Below are positions 1 to 13,390 of a DNA stretch of 64,000 bases, piece by piece (the stretch's first letter is position 1; each line of letters begins with the position of its first letter). Location of the stretch: assembly GCF_009834535.1 (NCBI RefSeq), contig NC_045696.1, positions 119,600,001-119,664,000 of the forward strand. Direction: 5' to 3'. Both the position numbers and the translations under genes were made by a program. The notes under the pieces are model-generated. The model had not been told where the DNA came from. It saw nothing but the letters and a program-made list of their open reading frames with translations, and did no database searches. This stretch comes from Camelus ferus. Lineage: Eukaryota.

Positions 1-775
1 ATGAATATCCAGTATTTACAACACCATTTGTTGAAAAAACTGTGCTTTCTCTTATTGAATAGTCTTGGCACCCTTGTTGAAGTCAGCTGAGTATATATAT
101 ATATGCGAGAGTTTATTTCTGGTCTTTATTCTATTCCATTGGTCTGTCTGTCAGCCTTCATGCCAGTTCCACACTGTTTTGATTACTGTAGCTTTGTAAG
201 AAGTTTTGAAATATGTGAAACCTCCAAATTTGTTCTTTTTTTTTTTTTTTTCCAAGATTGTGTTAGCTCTTGAGTTCCTTGAGATTACATATGAATTTTA
301 GGATGGATTTTTAATCTGTAAAAAAAAGAAAGTTGGGATTTTGATAGGGATTATATTAAATCTGTCGATTGCCCTGTGTAGTATGGACATTTTAACAATA
401 TTAAGTCTTCCTATCCATATCTTTCCATTTATTTGTGTCTAATTTCTGTCAGCAGTGTTTTATAGCTTTTGGTATACAAGCTTTCCCTCTCCTTGGTTAA
501 GTTCATTTCCAAGTATATCATTAATGCTGTTGTAAATGGAATTGTTTTCATAATTTCCTTTCTATTTTGTTGTTAGTATATATTTTTTAAAAAAAACTGA
601 TTTTTGTGTGTTGATTTTATATCCTGCAACTTTTCTGAATCCATTTACTATTTCTAATAGTCTTTTTGTGTGTGAACTCCTTAGGGTTTTCTACATACAA
701 GATTATGTTGTCAGTGAACAGAGAGTTTTTCTTCTTCCTTTCCGTTTGGATATCTTTTCTTTTTCTTGTCTTTCA
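1..775 (-). mobile_element. Old L1 (L1M-type) ORF2-region fragment
   Basis: Antisense L1 motifs such as caacaccatttgttgaaaa, ttttgattactgtagctttgta, gggattttgatagggatt and gttgattttatatcctgcaact. Confidence 0.85.
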
Positions 776-2269
776 TCTTTAATGGGTAGAGAAATAAAAT
801 AGGAAGTGGTATTAGATGTAGAAATTTGTTTATCTGAAGCTTTACTATGGAAAATGTATCTTGAAAGTTTTTCATGCTGTTCCATGGAAAGCTAGGGAGT
901 TTATCAAGTGATGACAGTTTGCATTGCTAAGAAAATTTAACTCAGTTTCTAGGTTTATAATAGGGTTGTTGTTTTTGTTTTTTGCTCTCAGAGAAAGCCT
1001 CATCACAGGTGCAGTTTTTTTTAGTCCTTGACATTGCATGATTTTTGTTTTTTCTGCTCGCTTTTGAAGGTAATTGTTAGCATTTAATTATTCTTTGGAG
1101 TTTTGATTTTTGTTGCCACAGATATTTATATAAGAGATGCCTGTAACCGACATTATAGATACATAAAATGTGAAGATGTTAAAAACAGGTGGTACACTGG
1201 AAGTAAACTTGAATGATTTAGGTCAGATCTTAAGAGGAGAGAACTGAGGCCTAGAGAGGATGTTAACTTGTACAGGATTATACAGTTGTTATTAGAGCTA
1301 GGACTAAACCTTTTTCGTAATTTTTCTCTCATTCTTTCTACCTGAACCATTGATTACTGCAGCAGCCTGTTAACTGTCTTTCTGTACTTTATACTCATCC
1401 TTTATTCTTGCTAGTGGATCCAAAGCATAATATTTCTAAAATATAAATAGTCAGTGTGTCCGTTTTTTCAGTTATTAACCATTATCTTCAGGGTAGTGTT
1501 AGCATTAAATATAGCTAAGTCTATTACTTGTGTTGTCTGATTTAATTCTTCGAACAGTTCTTTGCTATTAAATTATCCCAGTTTTATAGATGGGCAAATT
1601 GAGACCAGGGCTGTCTGATTTCACAGTTTATGTTCCTTGGCCCTGTTTTATACTACTTAAGTAAGGCCTTCAAGACCCCTTGCGTTGTTGCTCTTATCCA
1701 CGTCTCTAGTGTTCAGTTGACATTTTCAACTGTAAATTCCTTGAAGGCAGAGATCACATCCCAGACCAAACAGTTGCCTAGTGCAGGGTAGATGCTTGGT
1801 AAATGTTGAATAACTTTTAAGCAGTGAGTGGATGGCACAGGATGGTGAGACTAGCCCAGTGCGGGAAGACATGAGTAATATATCTGAAAGAGAGGATCCC
1901 TCTGACTGGCCATGCTCAGGACAGGTCAGTCTTTGGGTTAAAGCACAATGGTGAGAAGGAGGAACAGGATGAGGGAAGCGGAATCCAGAGCGATGATTAA
2001 AGAGCACCGATTTACTCTGGACTGAAATGAATTATATCTTTGGGTTGTGAGAACTTGAAAATGAATTCTCTAAATTACATTTCATGTTTTCAGGCCTGAT
2101 TGAGTTAAGGAGAGAGGCACCTGAGGTCTTGAGACAGGGAAGGGCTACTCCATTTTTCAGAGTAGATGGAGCTTGATGTAGCTCTCAGGTGAGAATGCAG
2201 AATAAATTATTTAAAGAATTACTGTTTCCAGGAGAGGTGAAGCACGAACATTAAGAATTAGCTGAAATT

Positions 2270-2399
2270 AGAGGGAGGGTACACCTTAGTAGAAGAGGGC
2301 GTGCTTAGCATGCACGAGGCCCTGGGTTCAACCCCTAGTCCCTCCATTAAATAAATGAATAAATAAATAAAAACCCAACCTAGCCACCACCCCCCAAAA
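2270..2399 (+). mobile_element. Camelid tRNA-derived SINE (vic-1-like)
   Basis: tRNA-like head (gtgcttagcatgcacgaggccctgggttcaacccc, B box), (AAAT)n middle, A tail; degenerate TSD aagaattagc(tg/ca)aaa at 2253 and 2400. Confidence 0.88.
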
Positions 2400-2544
2400 A
2401 AGAATTAGCCAAAACTCATTGTGTGTTCAAAAAGAAAGCAGAACAGCCTAACTTTTTCTTTTTGTGGGTGAAACCTCCTACTTGATCGGGTTGTGTGAGA
2501 CTCGGCCTCGTCATCACACTTGCAGAAGGCGCAGACACGGGAGG

Positions 2545-2890
2545 GGTAGTGTGCTAGCTGGGGGATGGGCTCGGTTTCACTGTAGTGATGACCTCCGAAT
2601 CTCAGTACTGAAAAGCAAAAGAGGCGGATTTAGTGCCTATATGACATGTCCGTTCTTAGGTCAGTGGGGTCTCAGCTTTATGCTGTCCTCCTGCAGGAAC
2701 CCAGTCTGGGGCGTCTACCTTCTGGAACACTGGGAACCTCACGAAGGCCTGTCAGCCCTCAGGCTCCATCACGTCACTTCAGCTCACATTTAATTGGTCA
2801 GAGCAGGTTCTGTGACCCCACCCTTGTGTTGGGGGCGTGGGAAGGAAGGAAGCAACCCAGAGATAAACTGAACATCAGTGTTGACTGTCT
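2545..2890 (-). mobile_element. MaLR LTR (MLT1-type) fragment
   Basis: Degenerate MLT1 antisense motifs (atctcagt...aaaagcaaaag, cacgtcacttcagctcacatttaattggtcagagc). Confidence 0.55.
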
Positions 2891-5800
2891 CAGATAGTGG
2901 GGACTTGGGAGGACAGATTAAGGGACTAAGAGGGTTGACCTGGGCAGCCTGCTTTGATCAATGAATCAAAGGGGAGTGAATAGGGAGAAATGTAAGATCC
3001 CTGTCCTTTCATCCCAAACTAGTCCCAACAGAATATTGTTGACAGAAGGGGCTGAGGGGCACAGTTTGCCGGTGTTACCAGCACAAGTGATGGAAGGAAG
3101 TGTAGCATCGATGCGTTGATGCAAGGGGTGTGACAGAGAGGCCATGATGCTGACTTCTCCCACACCTGTGCTGTCACGCTTCTGGCTACAGGTGCATGTT
3201 CAGGTGGGACACACACTTGAGATCACGTGATAGGGATTGATTAAGGCAAATAGGAGTGGAGAGCTGGGAAGGTGAAGTTGGGCGGGGTTGGGGGGCCTGC
3301 TGTTGGGAGCAGGAGTGGGCGTCTCTCGTCTGTGGCACACTAAGAGCTGGTGCTGGAAACTACAGGAAGCGATAGAGCTCACTGAAAGCAGGCTTCTAGT
3401 GTACAGGTGGCCTAGAGTACTTCTTCCTGGAAATAATCAAACATCAGCTTGATTCCCCTGAAATTCTGTGATTCTGAGTGACGGAAGAGTCCCTGTTATA
3501 TGCTAAGAACTTTCATAAACACTTAATACGAGTATGTAAACATATATGTGATTGTTTCTGAATTCACTGGTGAAAAAAGTGAAATACAATGACATTGACC
3601 TAATAAAACATTTCTGTCTTTATGCCTTTTATATACTAAAACTATATGAATTTTTTGAATTTTTTGTTTTTATATCTTACTTTAGTCTCATTTTGTACAT
3701 GAGGAAACTAATACAGAAATGATAGCTTGCCCAAGGTTTATTCTGGTTAACTGGCCAAGTAAGGATTTTTAACCACGATCTTGTTAATTCCAAAAACTGC
3801 TTTTTCTGCTCACTATAATAGTTCCAGTGTTTTGCCTGCCTACCATGTCAGTGTCTCCTGGGGACTGTATCACCCTATTTTGGGGTTCTGTCTGTCCCTC
3901 TCTCTGTCCCTTACCACATGGTTCTAATGGGACTTCCTGGAGTTCTCCACTACTTGGTTACCTGCCCACCTCCCTTCACATAGGCCAGTCAGCATCCCCT
4001 GGGAGTTTGTAAGTGAACCAGGAGAGACTCATCCCTCGCTGGCGATAGGGGTAGTAAGATGCCACAAGAGGAGTGAGGCCCGCTGTAAGTGCTGGGTCCC
4101 GATTCGTGCTGCTCAGCTGCACTCCTGTCCAGCTGGGATTCAGTGCCCACCCCCACAGCCCACACACACCCCTCCCCGGCGTGTGACAGCCGCGGCCAGC
4201 GTCTTGCGTGAGTTCACCTTGCTGCAGACGTGCTAGGGCTGGAGCCTTGAGCGAGACTGGTCACTTGAGAGCTGAGATACGGCTATGGGGGCTGTGTTCT
4301 GGGCAGACCCTCTCGCGGGGAAGAAGTGAGCCTTGAAGAAGACAGCCACTGCAGTGGCCCTTGAAGGTGCAGTTTTTGGGTGTCTGTATTGGTACTGAGG
4401 AAAGGTGGGATTGGCAGCACTGGTGAGTTTTCAGAATTCATTTTTTAAAAGCCCCTGGGTCTTTACCAAATGCAGCCTGTGGTATGTACCAGTATCTTAT
4501 GACCAAGACGGAACTCTCGTGGTTGAGTAGTGCTCAGAGCGCTGGCCTCTTCTTCACCCACCTCTTCTCCCCTCTTGGTTGCTCCCTGATGTACCTCTAT
4601 GTGCTCTAGAAAGATGATTCTCACCTCCGAAGTTCTCCTCTCCTGCATTGGTCCTTAAAGATGAGAGTCAGAGCAGCTACTCTGGGATGGATGGAGGGAA
4701 GGAGGAGAAAGTGGGGATGGGATATATGTTGCTGAGATTTTAAAGGGTACTGAGTACTTACGTGAATTTGAGGTATGTGGCTGGCATTATTCTTATTAAA
4801 GTTAAGAAGATTCAGATTCAGAGAAGTTGGTGATGTTATCAGGGTCACAGGTCTAATCCTAGATCTGTCCTGACTCAAACATGACCATGTCGTGTAACTA
4901 CCAGAGAGTGATTATCTGGGCAGTAGTTCACGTATGTAAGTCAAAGGTCAGAGTTAGTTGCACATGACTTCATCTAGTACAAGATAAAAGCAGGGCAAAT
5001 GCTCAGAGCAGGAGCAAAAGAGGAGAAGTTGTTCTATAAAGGACTAAAAAGAGAAGAAATGCAAAAATGATGATGGGTCAGTATTAACAACTATGTTCAG
5101 TGGCACCAGTGCCCAGAAAGAGCATGTCTCTGTCACACACTGAATAAGAGTGCTGTCAAGCAAACAGCCCAAGTTACATAGTTTGCCTCTAAAAATGAGT
5201 GATTTCTCAAAAGACAAATTTTTGTCTCTACTTCAGAGTTAATAGAGACAAATTATTTTTCCTTTTCCCAAGTATCATGAAAAGACATGTGGGGAGTTTG
5301 GCATTACAGACTGAAAAACAGCTCTGTGTAAACGCAAGTAGAGCAGACGGTGAACCGAGCACCTTTCCCTCCCGTCCCGTCCCTCGTAGGCAGTTTATGC
5401 TGATAAGCATACAGCCGTGAAAGAAACTAGTGTTCAGTTCTAAAAGTTGCATTACTTCAGTATTTAAACAAAAAACAAACTATACATGCAAATGGCTTCC
5501 GGGGCCTAGCATGTTTTTGGTAGTTATCTGATAGCTGTACGTGCATCAGGTGTTTCTCAGGGTCCTGGTGTCTAACTGCAGCGCTTTGTGCTGGGCAGTG
5601 GAATGGTCGCCTGGTGGACCTTGGGGCCTGCTTTCTTAGTCAGAGATGGGTCTGTTTGCGTTGTCATGTGTCTGTATGTTCTGTGAACGTTTGTGACTGC
5701 ATCTGCAGGGAATTGTCTGAAATACTAGTTTTGATGAAAGACTATCCTCAGGTTCAAATTGTATGTATGTATCAGGACATTGTTTAGTGGGGTTGACTCA

Positions 5801-6529
5801 TTAACTAGGTGTTCTTACATGTCTTTTTGAATTTGCAGTGTTTTTGCCTGTGATTCTTTTTGGATCCGATGTTAATGGCTGTTAAAGCCTAGGTCTGTAG
5901 GATTATTTTCAGATGATGATTAGAGATGATGAATTTCAGACTTTGTTTATGAGCTGTCATCTTTCATGTGATACACAGATAGTGAAAGTGACAAGTTGTG
6001 GTGCAGATTGACAAGGATGTGCCTTCGGTGCCTTGTGTTGGTAATGTGGACATGGTGATGATAACACTGTGAACCAGAGTTAGTAACAGTAGTGCCGAGT
6101 TCTGGGTAGAGGCGCCTCAGGCTTTGATTTTTTTATATAAGTAAGTGGAAAGGAAGCCTTAGTTCACTAACTAGAAGGTGATGTAATTAATTGACCTTGA
6201 ATTTTATAAGGCAGCTCCCAGATCAAGCTGACATTGGAGGACCTTTTGAGTTATTGTGTATGCACAGGCATTTCAACAAGACGGGAGATCTTAAAAAGAA
6301 AATGACTCAGGCATCTGAGGCTTGCATGAGTGTGTAAAGAACGGTCTAGTCCCGACCTGTGTGTGCACGTAGCAGGCCTCTCTCCTCCCCACTTCCGTGC
6401 TCAGTGTAGGCTGCTCTGTCTCCCCCTGGGGTCTCTGCAGCCGTCCCCTGCCCAGTCTGCCCTCTCCAGTCTTGCCTGTTTCACCTTATCTTCTACACTG
6501 AAGCCAAGCAGAATGATTGCTTTAGAAAA

Positions 6530-7900
6530 ATATTTTTTAGTTAGATTGAAAATTTCAGACACACAGGATAAAATATAATTCACTAGAAGCTTAAATACCT
6601 ATCACCAGGAAGACACAGATGTTAATACTTTGCTCTATTTGCTTTGTGTGTTTTAAATAATAAAATAGTTATATATAAGCTAGAGCCCAATCTCATCCTT
6701 CCCCAGGTAACCATCTTGAAGGTTGACTTATAGCATTCAGGTTTTTGCACTTATGCTGCATTTGTATATCCATAAACAATATCATAAACATGTACTATTT
6801 GGGGGAGGAGGGTATAGCCCAGTGGTAGAGCACGTGCTTAGCATGCACGAGGTGCTGGGTTCAATCCCCAGTACCTCCATTAAATAAATAAATAAACCTA
6901 ATTACCCCCTCCCCCCAAAAATAAATAAAAATTAAATTTAAAAAATGTACTGTTTGTATTTCCTAAATTTTTAAATGTTTTACTGTGTGTTTTTTGCAAC
7001 ATTGTTTTTACAATTTATTCATGGTGATACCTTTATTACAATTGCTGTATCTCATACAAATGAATGTGGTTATTCCCCCAACATACTGCAGTCAGGTAGT
7101 TTCCAGATTTGAGCAATTACAGATAGTGCCGCAGTGGGTATTCTGGTGTGTCTCCAAGTTTCTCCGAGGCTGAGGTGTGGAAGTAGACTTTCTGAGTCAC
7201 AGCAGATATACATGTTTACTATCTCATTTTTATTTTCTCCAGAATGGTTGCACCAATTACATTGTCTCTTTACTCTCAAACTTGTTGGTAATTGCTCTAG
7301 TTTGATTTCAGTTTTTACAGTTTGATGGGTATGAAGTAGTATCTTGTTTTAATTTGTATTTCCCAGGTTCCTACTGAGGTTAAATATATTTTATATGTTT
7401 TGACCAATTGGAATTTTTTGTGTGAGCTGCCTGTTTTCTTCCCCCTTATAGTGCAGTTGTGTGTGTATGTATGTGTGTATATACATATGTTAATTTTAAT
7501 TGTTGGTTTTGTTATATGTACATCTCAGTATGTTGCTAGTCTTTTCTCAGTGTGTTGGAGTCTTGCTCAGAAATTTCAAATTACGATATAATCATACTAA
7601 GCAATCTTTGTGATCTTTTTTCCTTTCTTGTGTAGGAAACCCATCAAGATGCTAAGAAATATTATGTTTCTTCTAAAAATTTGCAATCTTTTTACCCACA
7701 ATTTTTTGACCCACCTGGAATTTTATCTTTGTATATGCTGTGAAGTTCACATTTTTCTTCAAAATTAACTCTTCCTTACCCTTCGATTTTTCTTACACAT
7801 TTAAAAAAATTCGAATTACCACGGAAACTCAAACTTGATGGGTATTCCATAGAATTATGGATTTAATTTGGAAAATTGACCTTGTACAATATTGAGTCTG
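6530..7900 (-). mobile_element. Highly decayed L1ME-like 3' region, interrupted by a SINE
   Basis: Motifs such as ccagaatggttgcaccaattaca, gggtatgaagtagtatcttgttttaatttgtatttcc and acaatattgagtct. Confidence 0.55.
6801..6944 (+). mobile_element. Camelid tRNA-derived SINE (vic-1-like), full length
   Basis: gggtatagcccagtggtagagc (A box), gggttcaatcccc (B box), (AAAT)n, A-rich tail; TSD atgtact(a/g)ttt at about 6790 and 6945. Confidence 0.92.
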
Positions 7901-9599
7901 GAAAAAGCAGGTGATTCTCAGGCAGCAGGCCGTCAGACCCTATGCCTGTTGTCTGCCCGTGCGTTTACACACAGTTGCCATCAGACAATAGCTTCTCCTT
8001 TTTAAATTTTGCAGTGTCCCTCATTGGCCGACAAGACTGTCCTTGAATCATTGGAGAAGAGGGATTCTGGGAAATGTAGTTCCGGACTTCTGGCCTGTGA
8101 TGCAGTGGAGACTATAGAAATGGGTACTGGTCATGCGGGTTTTACAACAGACAAGCCAAGCCTTACACATCTGTTCTGATTTTCTCCTTGGTTTTAACAC
8201 ACAGTGTGGCTTACCTGATTGTTGTGTACTTCCCCTCCAGTTGATGTATTTTGGAGATCTTTTTTAGTGGTGTGTACGTGGAATTTTGCTGGATATTATC
8301 AGCTGCCCTCCACAGAGGCTGTATCAGTTTTTATTTATACCCGTAGTGTGTCGCTTTCTATTGTTTTGCATCTTGCCCTCTATTATAAATGCCTTTTTAC
8401 CTTTATTTGGCCAACTTGTCGTTTAAGGAAGACTGAGCCGTCCTGGCAGAAGGGATACCTGACAGCACTCATGCGCACACCCGCTCAGTTCACGCTACTC
8501 CTCTAGGTTGGGTTTCTTGCGCTTTCTCTGTGACTGTATCCTGTTTTTCATTCATCAAGGGCTTACGAACATTTTCTTCCTGCCCCCTTTTTAGACCTGG
8601 GCTTTCTCAGTTATCCCTGTGGCTCCTTCTGTCATAAGCACATTGTGTCCTCGTCTGCTTTCCTAAATTGTAACCCTTTGCAACGGTGCTGGGCTCTTTG
8701 TTACCAGCACCGAGCAGAGTCAGAACTCAGTAACTTGGAGTGAATGAGTGATGCATCATTCTAAATGGAGAGTCTGTGCAGTTTTATAACCTTTTCATTT
8801 AGCAAAATGTATTGCACTAGATGCTTTTTATGTATTAACGTGACTCCTCACAGCCGTACAAGGGGGCTCTATTGTTATTTCATAAAAAATGTTTTGTCAA
8901 GGACATATTATTAACTGGGGTGCCTGTCTTTGAGTTCAGACCCAGCTTCATCTCATTCTAGTGTCACGCTTCACCGAGTTGCTACGTAATCTTCCTAGTT
9001 ATGATTTTTAATGGTTGCATCATATAACACCAAGTTGATTTATCATTATGCCCTTTGGATATTCAAGTAATCTGAATTATTTGTCAAAGGAGTGGATTAC
9101 ATTTCCAGTGTTGAGTGAAGCATTGTTCTAAATAATTCTTACCATTGGTATGCATCTGATTCATCTGTGTAGCTTTTAAATTTAATTTTAAAGGATAGTC
9201 ATATGATTTTATTTTAGACTAAAAAGGATATAATGTAAAAATATTCCCCTATTCCTCTATCTGCATCACCCCTAAGTTGCCTGGTTTCCCTTACTGTAAA
9301 CAATCAGTATTATTTTCTTTTTATCCATAGAGATTTATTTTATCATTACATAAACAAATACCTGTTACTCTGCCTTTTACAAAATAGATAGTATGTCAGA
9401 CACACTGTTGTGCATCTTATTTACTTCTCTACCTCCAGGATCTTGAGTTCGTTCCTTATCGGTACTTAAGGAGTTTTTTTAATCAATTATAGCTGCTTAG
9501 TATTTTCTTGTTACACACCCAGTTCCCTGTTGATACCTAGGTGGTTCTTTTGCTAATGCAGACAGCGCTGCAGTCAATAACCACCTGCCACAGTGCACT

Positions 9600-10259
9600 T
9601 CTGCAGCCATCACAGGGTGAGGGCCTGGGTCTTCGCAAGACTGCCCTCACCTCAGACTCCGACTGCAGCTCTGGGGTCCCTAGGCCACCTTTCTAAATTT
9701 GAGGCCTCCCACTACCCACTCAGGTTTGATCATTTTCCAGAATGACTGTCAGAACTCAGGAAAGTGCTGTACTTAGTAGGATTACAGTTTTATTATAGCA
9801 AAGGGATAGAAATCCAAACCAGCAAAAGGTGAGGTCTGAGAGGGTCCCCCACTGTTTCCACATCTTCAAAATGGATCACCCCCTTAGCATATTGAGGCTT
9901 CAGTGTCAAGATTATTTATTTCAGGGGATTCAGTTTGTAGGTGTGATGAGTTGAATCATTGGCCACATGATTGGACTCATTCTCCAGCCCCCCTCCCTTC
10001 CCTGGAGTTCAGGAGGTCTGGCTAATGTCACATGGCACAGCCCCAGTCTTGTCACATGGTGCTTCTTTCCAGCATGGTCCACCCCAATCTGGAACAATCT
10101 AGGGACCTGCCTGAGTCTCCTCATGAGCATAAACCAGTGTATGGTCCTCGGAGCTCACCACGAATAACAAAGACACTTCTGTCACTCAGGAAATTCCAAA
10201 GGTTTAGAAGTTCCCAGGTACCCAGGACAAAGACTGGTCAAATTCTTTATTATATTACA
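9600..10259 (-). mobile_element. MER21-family LTR
   Basis: Reverse complement starts TGTAATATAATAAAG...GTCTTTGTCC...CTAAACCTTTGGAATTTCCTGAGTGA...GTGTCTTTG, like the MER21 5' end; internal caagactgccctcacctcaga and cagaactcaggaaag motifs. Confidence 0.75.
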
Positions 10260-10523
10260 GCTACATATATCACTATGTTCCTGTGCAAATGTGTCAAGTA
10301 TAGGGTGAATTCCTCTTTCTCCTCCGTCTTTCTTTTCCTACCCTACATGGTTTAATAATCAAAACCAGATAAAGGTATACTCAAGAAGTGTTTTTGCCAC
10401 TTTGTGTCTCATGAGTAGAATTTGTACAGCACATTCCAAATGAATAACCGTGTCAGTTTCCCCTGTATCCTTAGTGTTCTCTATGCAGATAAAAGCAAAT
10501 ACAAACATGTCGTCTTCTTCTCT

Positions 10524-10940
10524 TGTTTGACTTGAAAACACACAACACAAAAGCTGCGAGTCGAGTTTATTCAGCCTGGGAGACAGGTTTAGATAGCTTA
10601 GATAGCTCTGAGAAACTGCTCCAGAGAGGTGAGGGGGAGGCGGGTATATATGTGATTTTGGCAGAGGGTGTGCATGCGACCAGGCACACATCTCAGTAGA
10701 AGGTTGCTCGTAATCACGAGGCAGAGACATATCAGTTAATGGTTTTAGTGCCTTTCTAAGTTTGGGAAGATGTAATAGTTTGGGGTTCATAAAATTTTCT
10801 CCTAAAATTATCTAACTCTGAAGGCCTGTTCGGCCAGTTTTTCCCAGAGCACGGAGCACCTCCTTCCCGATCTCCACCCTGAACTCCTTTCAGGGTGTGT
10901 GAAAGGCCAGCGACTGCCGTGACTCGGTCCTTGTGGACAT
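10524..10940 (-). mobile_element. ERV1-class solo LTR of cetartiodactyl type (subfamily not assigned)
   Basis: About 415 bp, CpG-retaining; minus strand ends AATAAA...gtcaaaCA; recalled motifs agatagctctgagaaactgctcc and ctccaccctgaactcctttcaggg. Confidence 0.75.
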
Positions 10941-11454
10941 TGTCTTCTTACACAGAGGGCATCAGCCTATAGACTGTAATGCAACTTGCTTTTTGCACTT
11001 AAAAACATATCCTGAAAGTGTATTTCCATATCAGTGGAATATGCATTCACAGTTTTGCTAGATACTGACAGTTGCTTTCCCACAGGAATTACGTTACTAC
11101 TTCATTCACCCTAGGACCTACCGTTTTAGGATGAACAGTGGTACATCCATGTGGTTTAATTTGAATGTATCTTATGAGGTTGAGTGTCTCTTCATATGTT
11201 TGAGACACTGTGGTTCCTTTCCTTCTATGAACTGTTTGCTTCTATTTTTTGCCTGTTTTAATAGTGGATTCTGTTTTGTTTTTTGTTTTTTGTTTTTCCA
11301 CTAATGTCTGTCAGTTGTTTCACTTTCTGGTTTAATTTTTTAATGCAGAAATTTGTGGATTTTTATGTCTTCAAGTTTTTGTGTCTTCCCTATTAGGAGA
11401 CTGTTTTTCTTAAAACACTGATATGTGGCTTCTAGTATCTTTGTAGTTTTTCTT

Positions 11455-13390
11455 TTTTTATTAAGGTGTAAGTTAGATATAGTAAAATTTACCCTTATTA
11501 ATGTAATGGTTTTGTGAGTTTTTACAAACACATAGAGTCACGTAATGACCACCACAATCCAGATGTGGAACACTCTGTCACCCCTAGAAATCCCTTCCTG
11601 CCCCTTTGTGTTCACCCTCCCCAGGTCCCCAGCTCCTAGCAACTACTTCTCTCTTTTCTGTCCTTAAGGTTTTGCCTTTTGCAGAATGTTGTAAGAAGGA
11701 ACTGCTCAGGATGCAGCCTTCTGCTTAGCATAATGCATTTAAGATTTGTGTGTGTTGTTGGTATGTTCAGTTCTTGATTGTTTCCTTTTTTATTGCTGAG
11801 TTGTATTCTGTTATATGGATTTACCACACTTCATTTATCCATTCTCTAGTTGCGGAATGTTTGGATTATTTCCAGGTTTTGGAGGTTACAAATAAAGCCA
11901 GTATAAACATTCATCTACAGATTCTTTTTGAGCATAAATTTTTATTTTACTGGATTAATACCTAGGAGTAAGATTGTTGGTGTAGGTTCCACATTAATTA
12001 TATATATAACTATGAGCAACTATAAGCATTAGTTTTCCAAAGTGGCTATACAGTTTTGCATTCCCACCAGTCATGTGTGAGAGTGTTCCCTTGTTCTTCA
12101 TCCTCTCTAGCATTTGGTTTTGTCAGGTTTTTTTTTTTTAAGTAATTTTCGTAGGTATCTAATAGTATATCATTGTATTTTATATTGTGGTTTTCTAATG
12201 ATTAATGTCCATATATTTTCATGTCTATAGTCTTTGTTGAAGTGTCAAATTGTCTACATCTTTTGCCCATCTAAAAAATTGGATTTTCCTATTACTGAGT
12301 TGTAGGAGTTCTTTATTTTGGGCATAAATCCTTTGTCACATATCTAATTTCTCTCAGTCTGAGTGGCCTGTATTTTTCACTCTTTTAGTGATGTCCTTTA
12401 AAGAACAGAAATTCTTTTCTTTGATGAATTTTTTAAAAATATATCTTTGTTTAGATTGTACTTTTGATATTATCTCTGAGAAATCTTTGCCTTCAGCAAG
12501 ATCACAAAGATTTCTTCCTGTATTTTCTTCTAGAAATTTTACAGTTTCAGATTGTACATTCAGGTCTGTGATCCATTTTGAGTTAATGGTGAATTTTGGT
12601 TTCAGACCATTTGTTGGAAAGATTTTTTTTCTCTGTTGAACTGCCTTTTGCACCTTTGTCAAAAGTCAGTTGACCACGTGTGTGTGGATATGTTTCTGGA
12701 CTCTTCCCTTCCATCAGATCTGTATGTCTGCTCTTTGTCCTGGTGTCACACTGTTTTGATTACTGTGGCTTTCTAGTAGTGTGACTCCTCCAACTTCATT
12801 GTTTTTAAAACCTGTTTTGGCTTTTTTCACTGCCTTTCCATATTCATTTTTGAATCTTGTTTATTCATTTCTACAAACACCATTGGGACTTTGATTGGAA
12901 TTACATTGAATCTATAGATTAAATGAGGAAAGATTGAAATCTTAACAATAATGAGTCTTCCAGTGGGTGAATGTGGCATCTCTCTTCATTTATTTAGTCC
13001 TTTGGTTTCCTTTATCAATACCTTATAATTTTTAGCATATGGATTTTGCACATATTTTGTTAAATTACACCTTAGTATTTCAACTTTGGGGGCGCTATTA
13101 TAAATGGTACCACCTGAAAAAATTTTATTTCTAGTTCATTGTTGGTATGTAGAAATACAGTTGTGTTCTGTGAATTTGCTAAACTTACTCATTAGTTCTG
13201 GAAACTATTTTGGAGATGTCTGTGGGACTTTCTGCATAGACAGTCATGTTGTCTGCTAATACAGGCGGTTTTCTTTCTTTTTTTTCCCCCAAAGTGTATG
13301 CTTTTTATTTCTTCTTATCATCCTGCTGCAGTGGCTGGGCGCTCCAGTGTGATAGGAGTGTGAGGGCAGGCCCTGACTCATCTCCTATCT
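11455..13390 (-). mobile_element. Old L1 (L1MB/MC-type) 3' UTR plus ORF2 3' region
   Basis: 3' end tttattaaggtgtaagttagatatagtaaaatttaccc; ORF 12354-12662(-) carries L1 ORF2-like INSKWITDLNV...VKFLEENTG. Confidence 0.88.

Noticed and set aside
6801..6880. tRNA-like sequence with A and B boxes (also at 2270, 28080 and 50985)
   Set aside because: Followed by (AAAT)n and A tails and mostly with TSDs, so SINE heads rather than tRNA genes.
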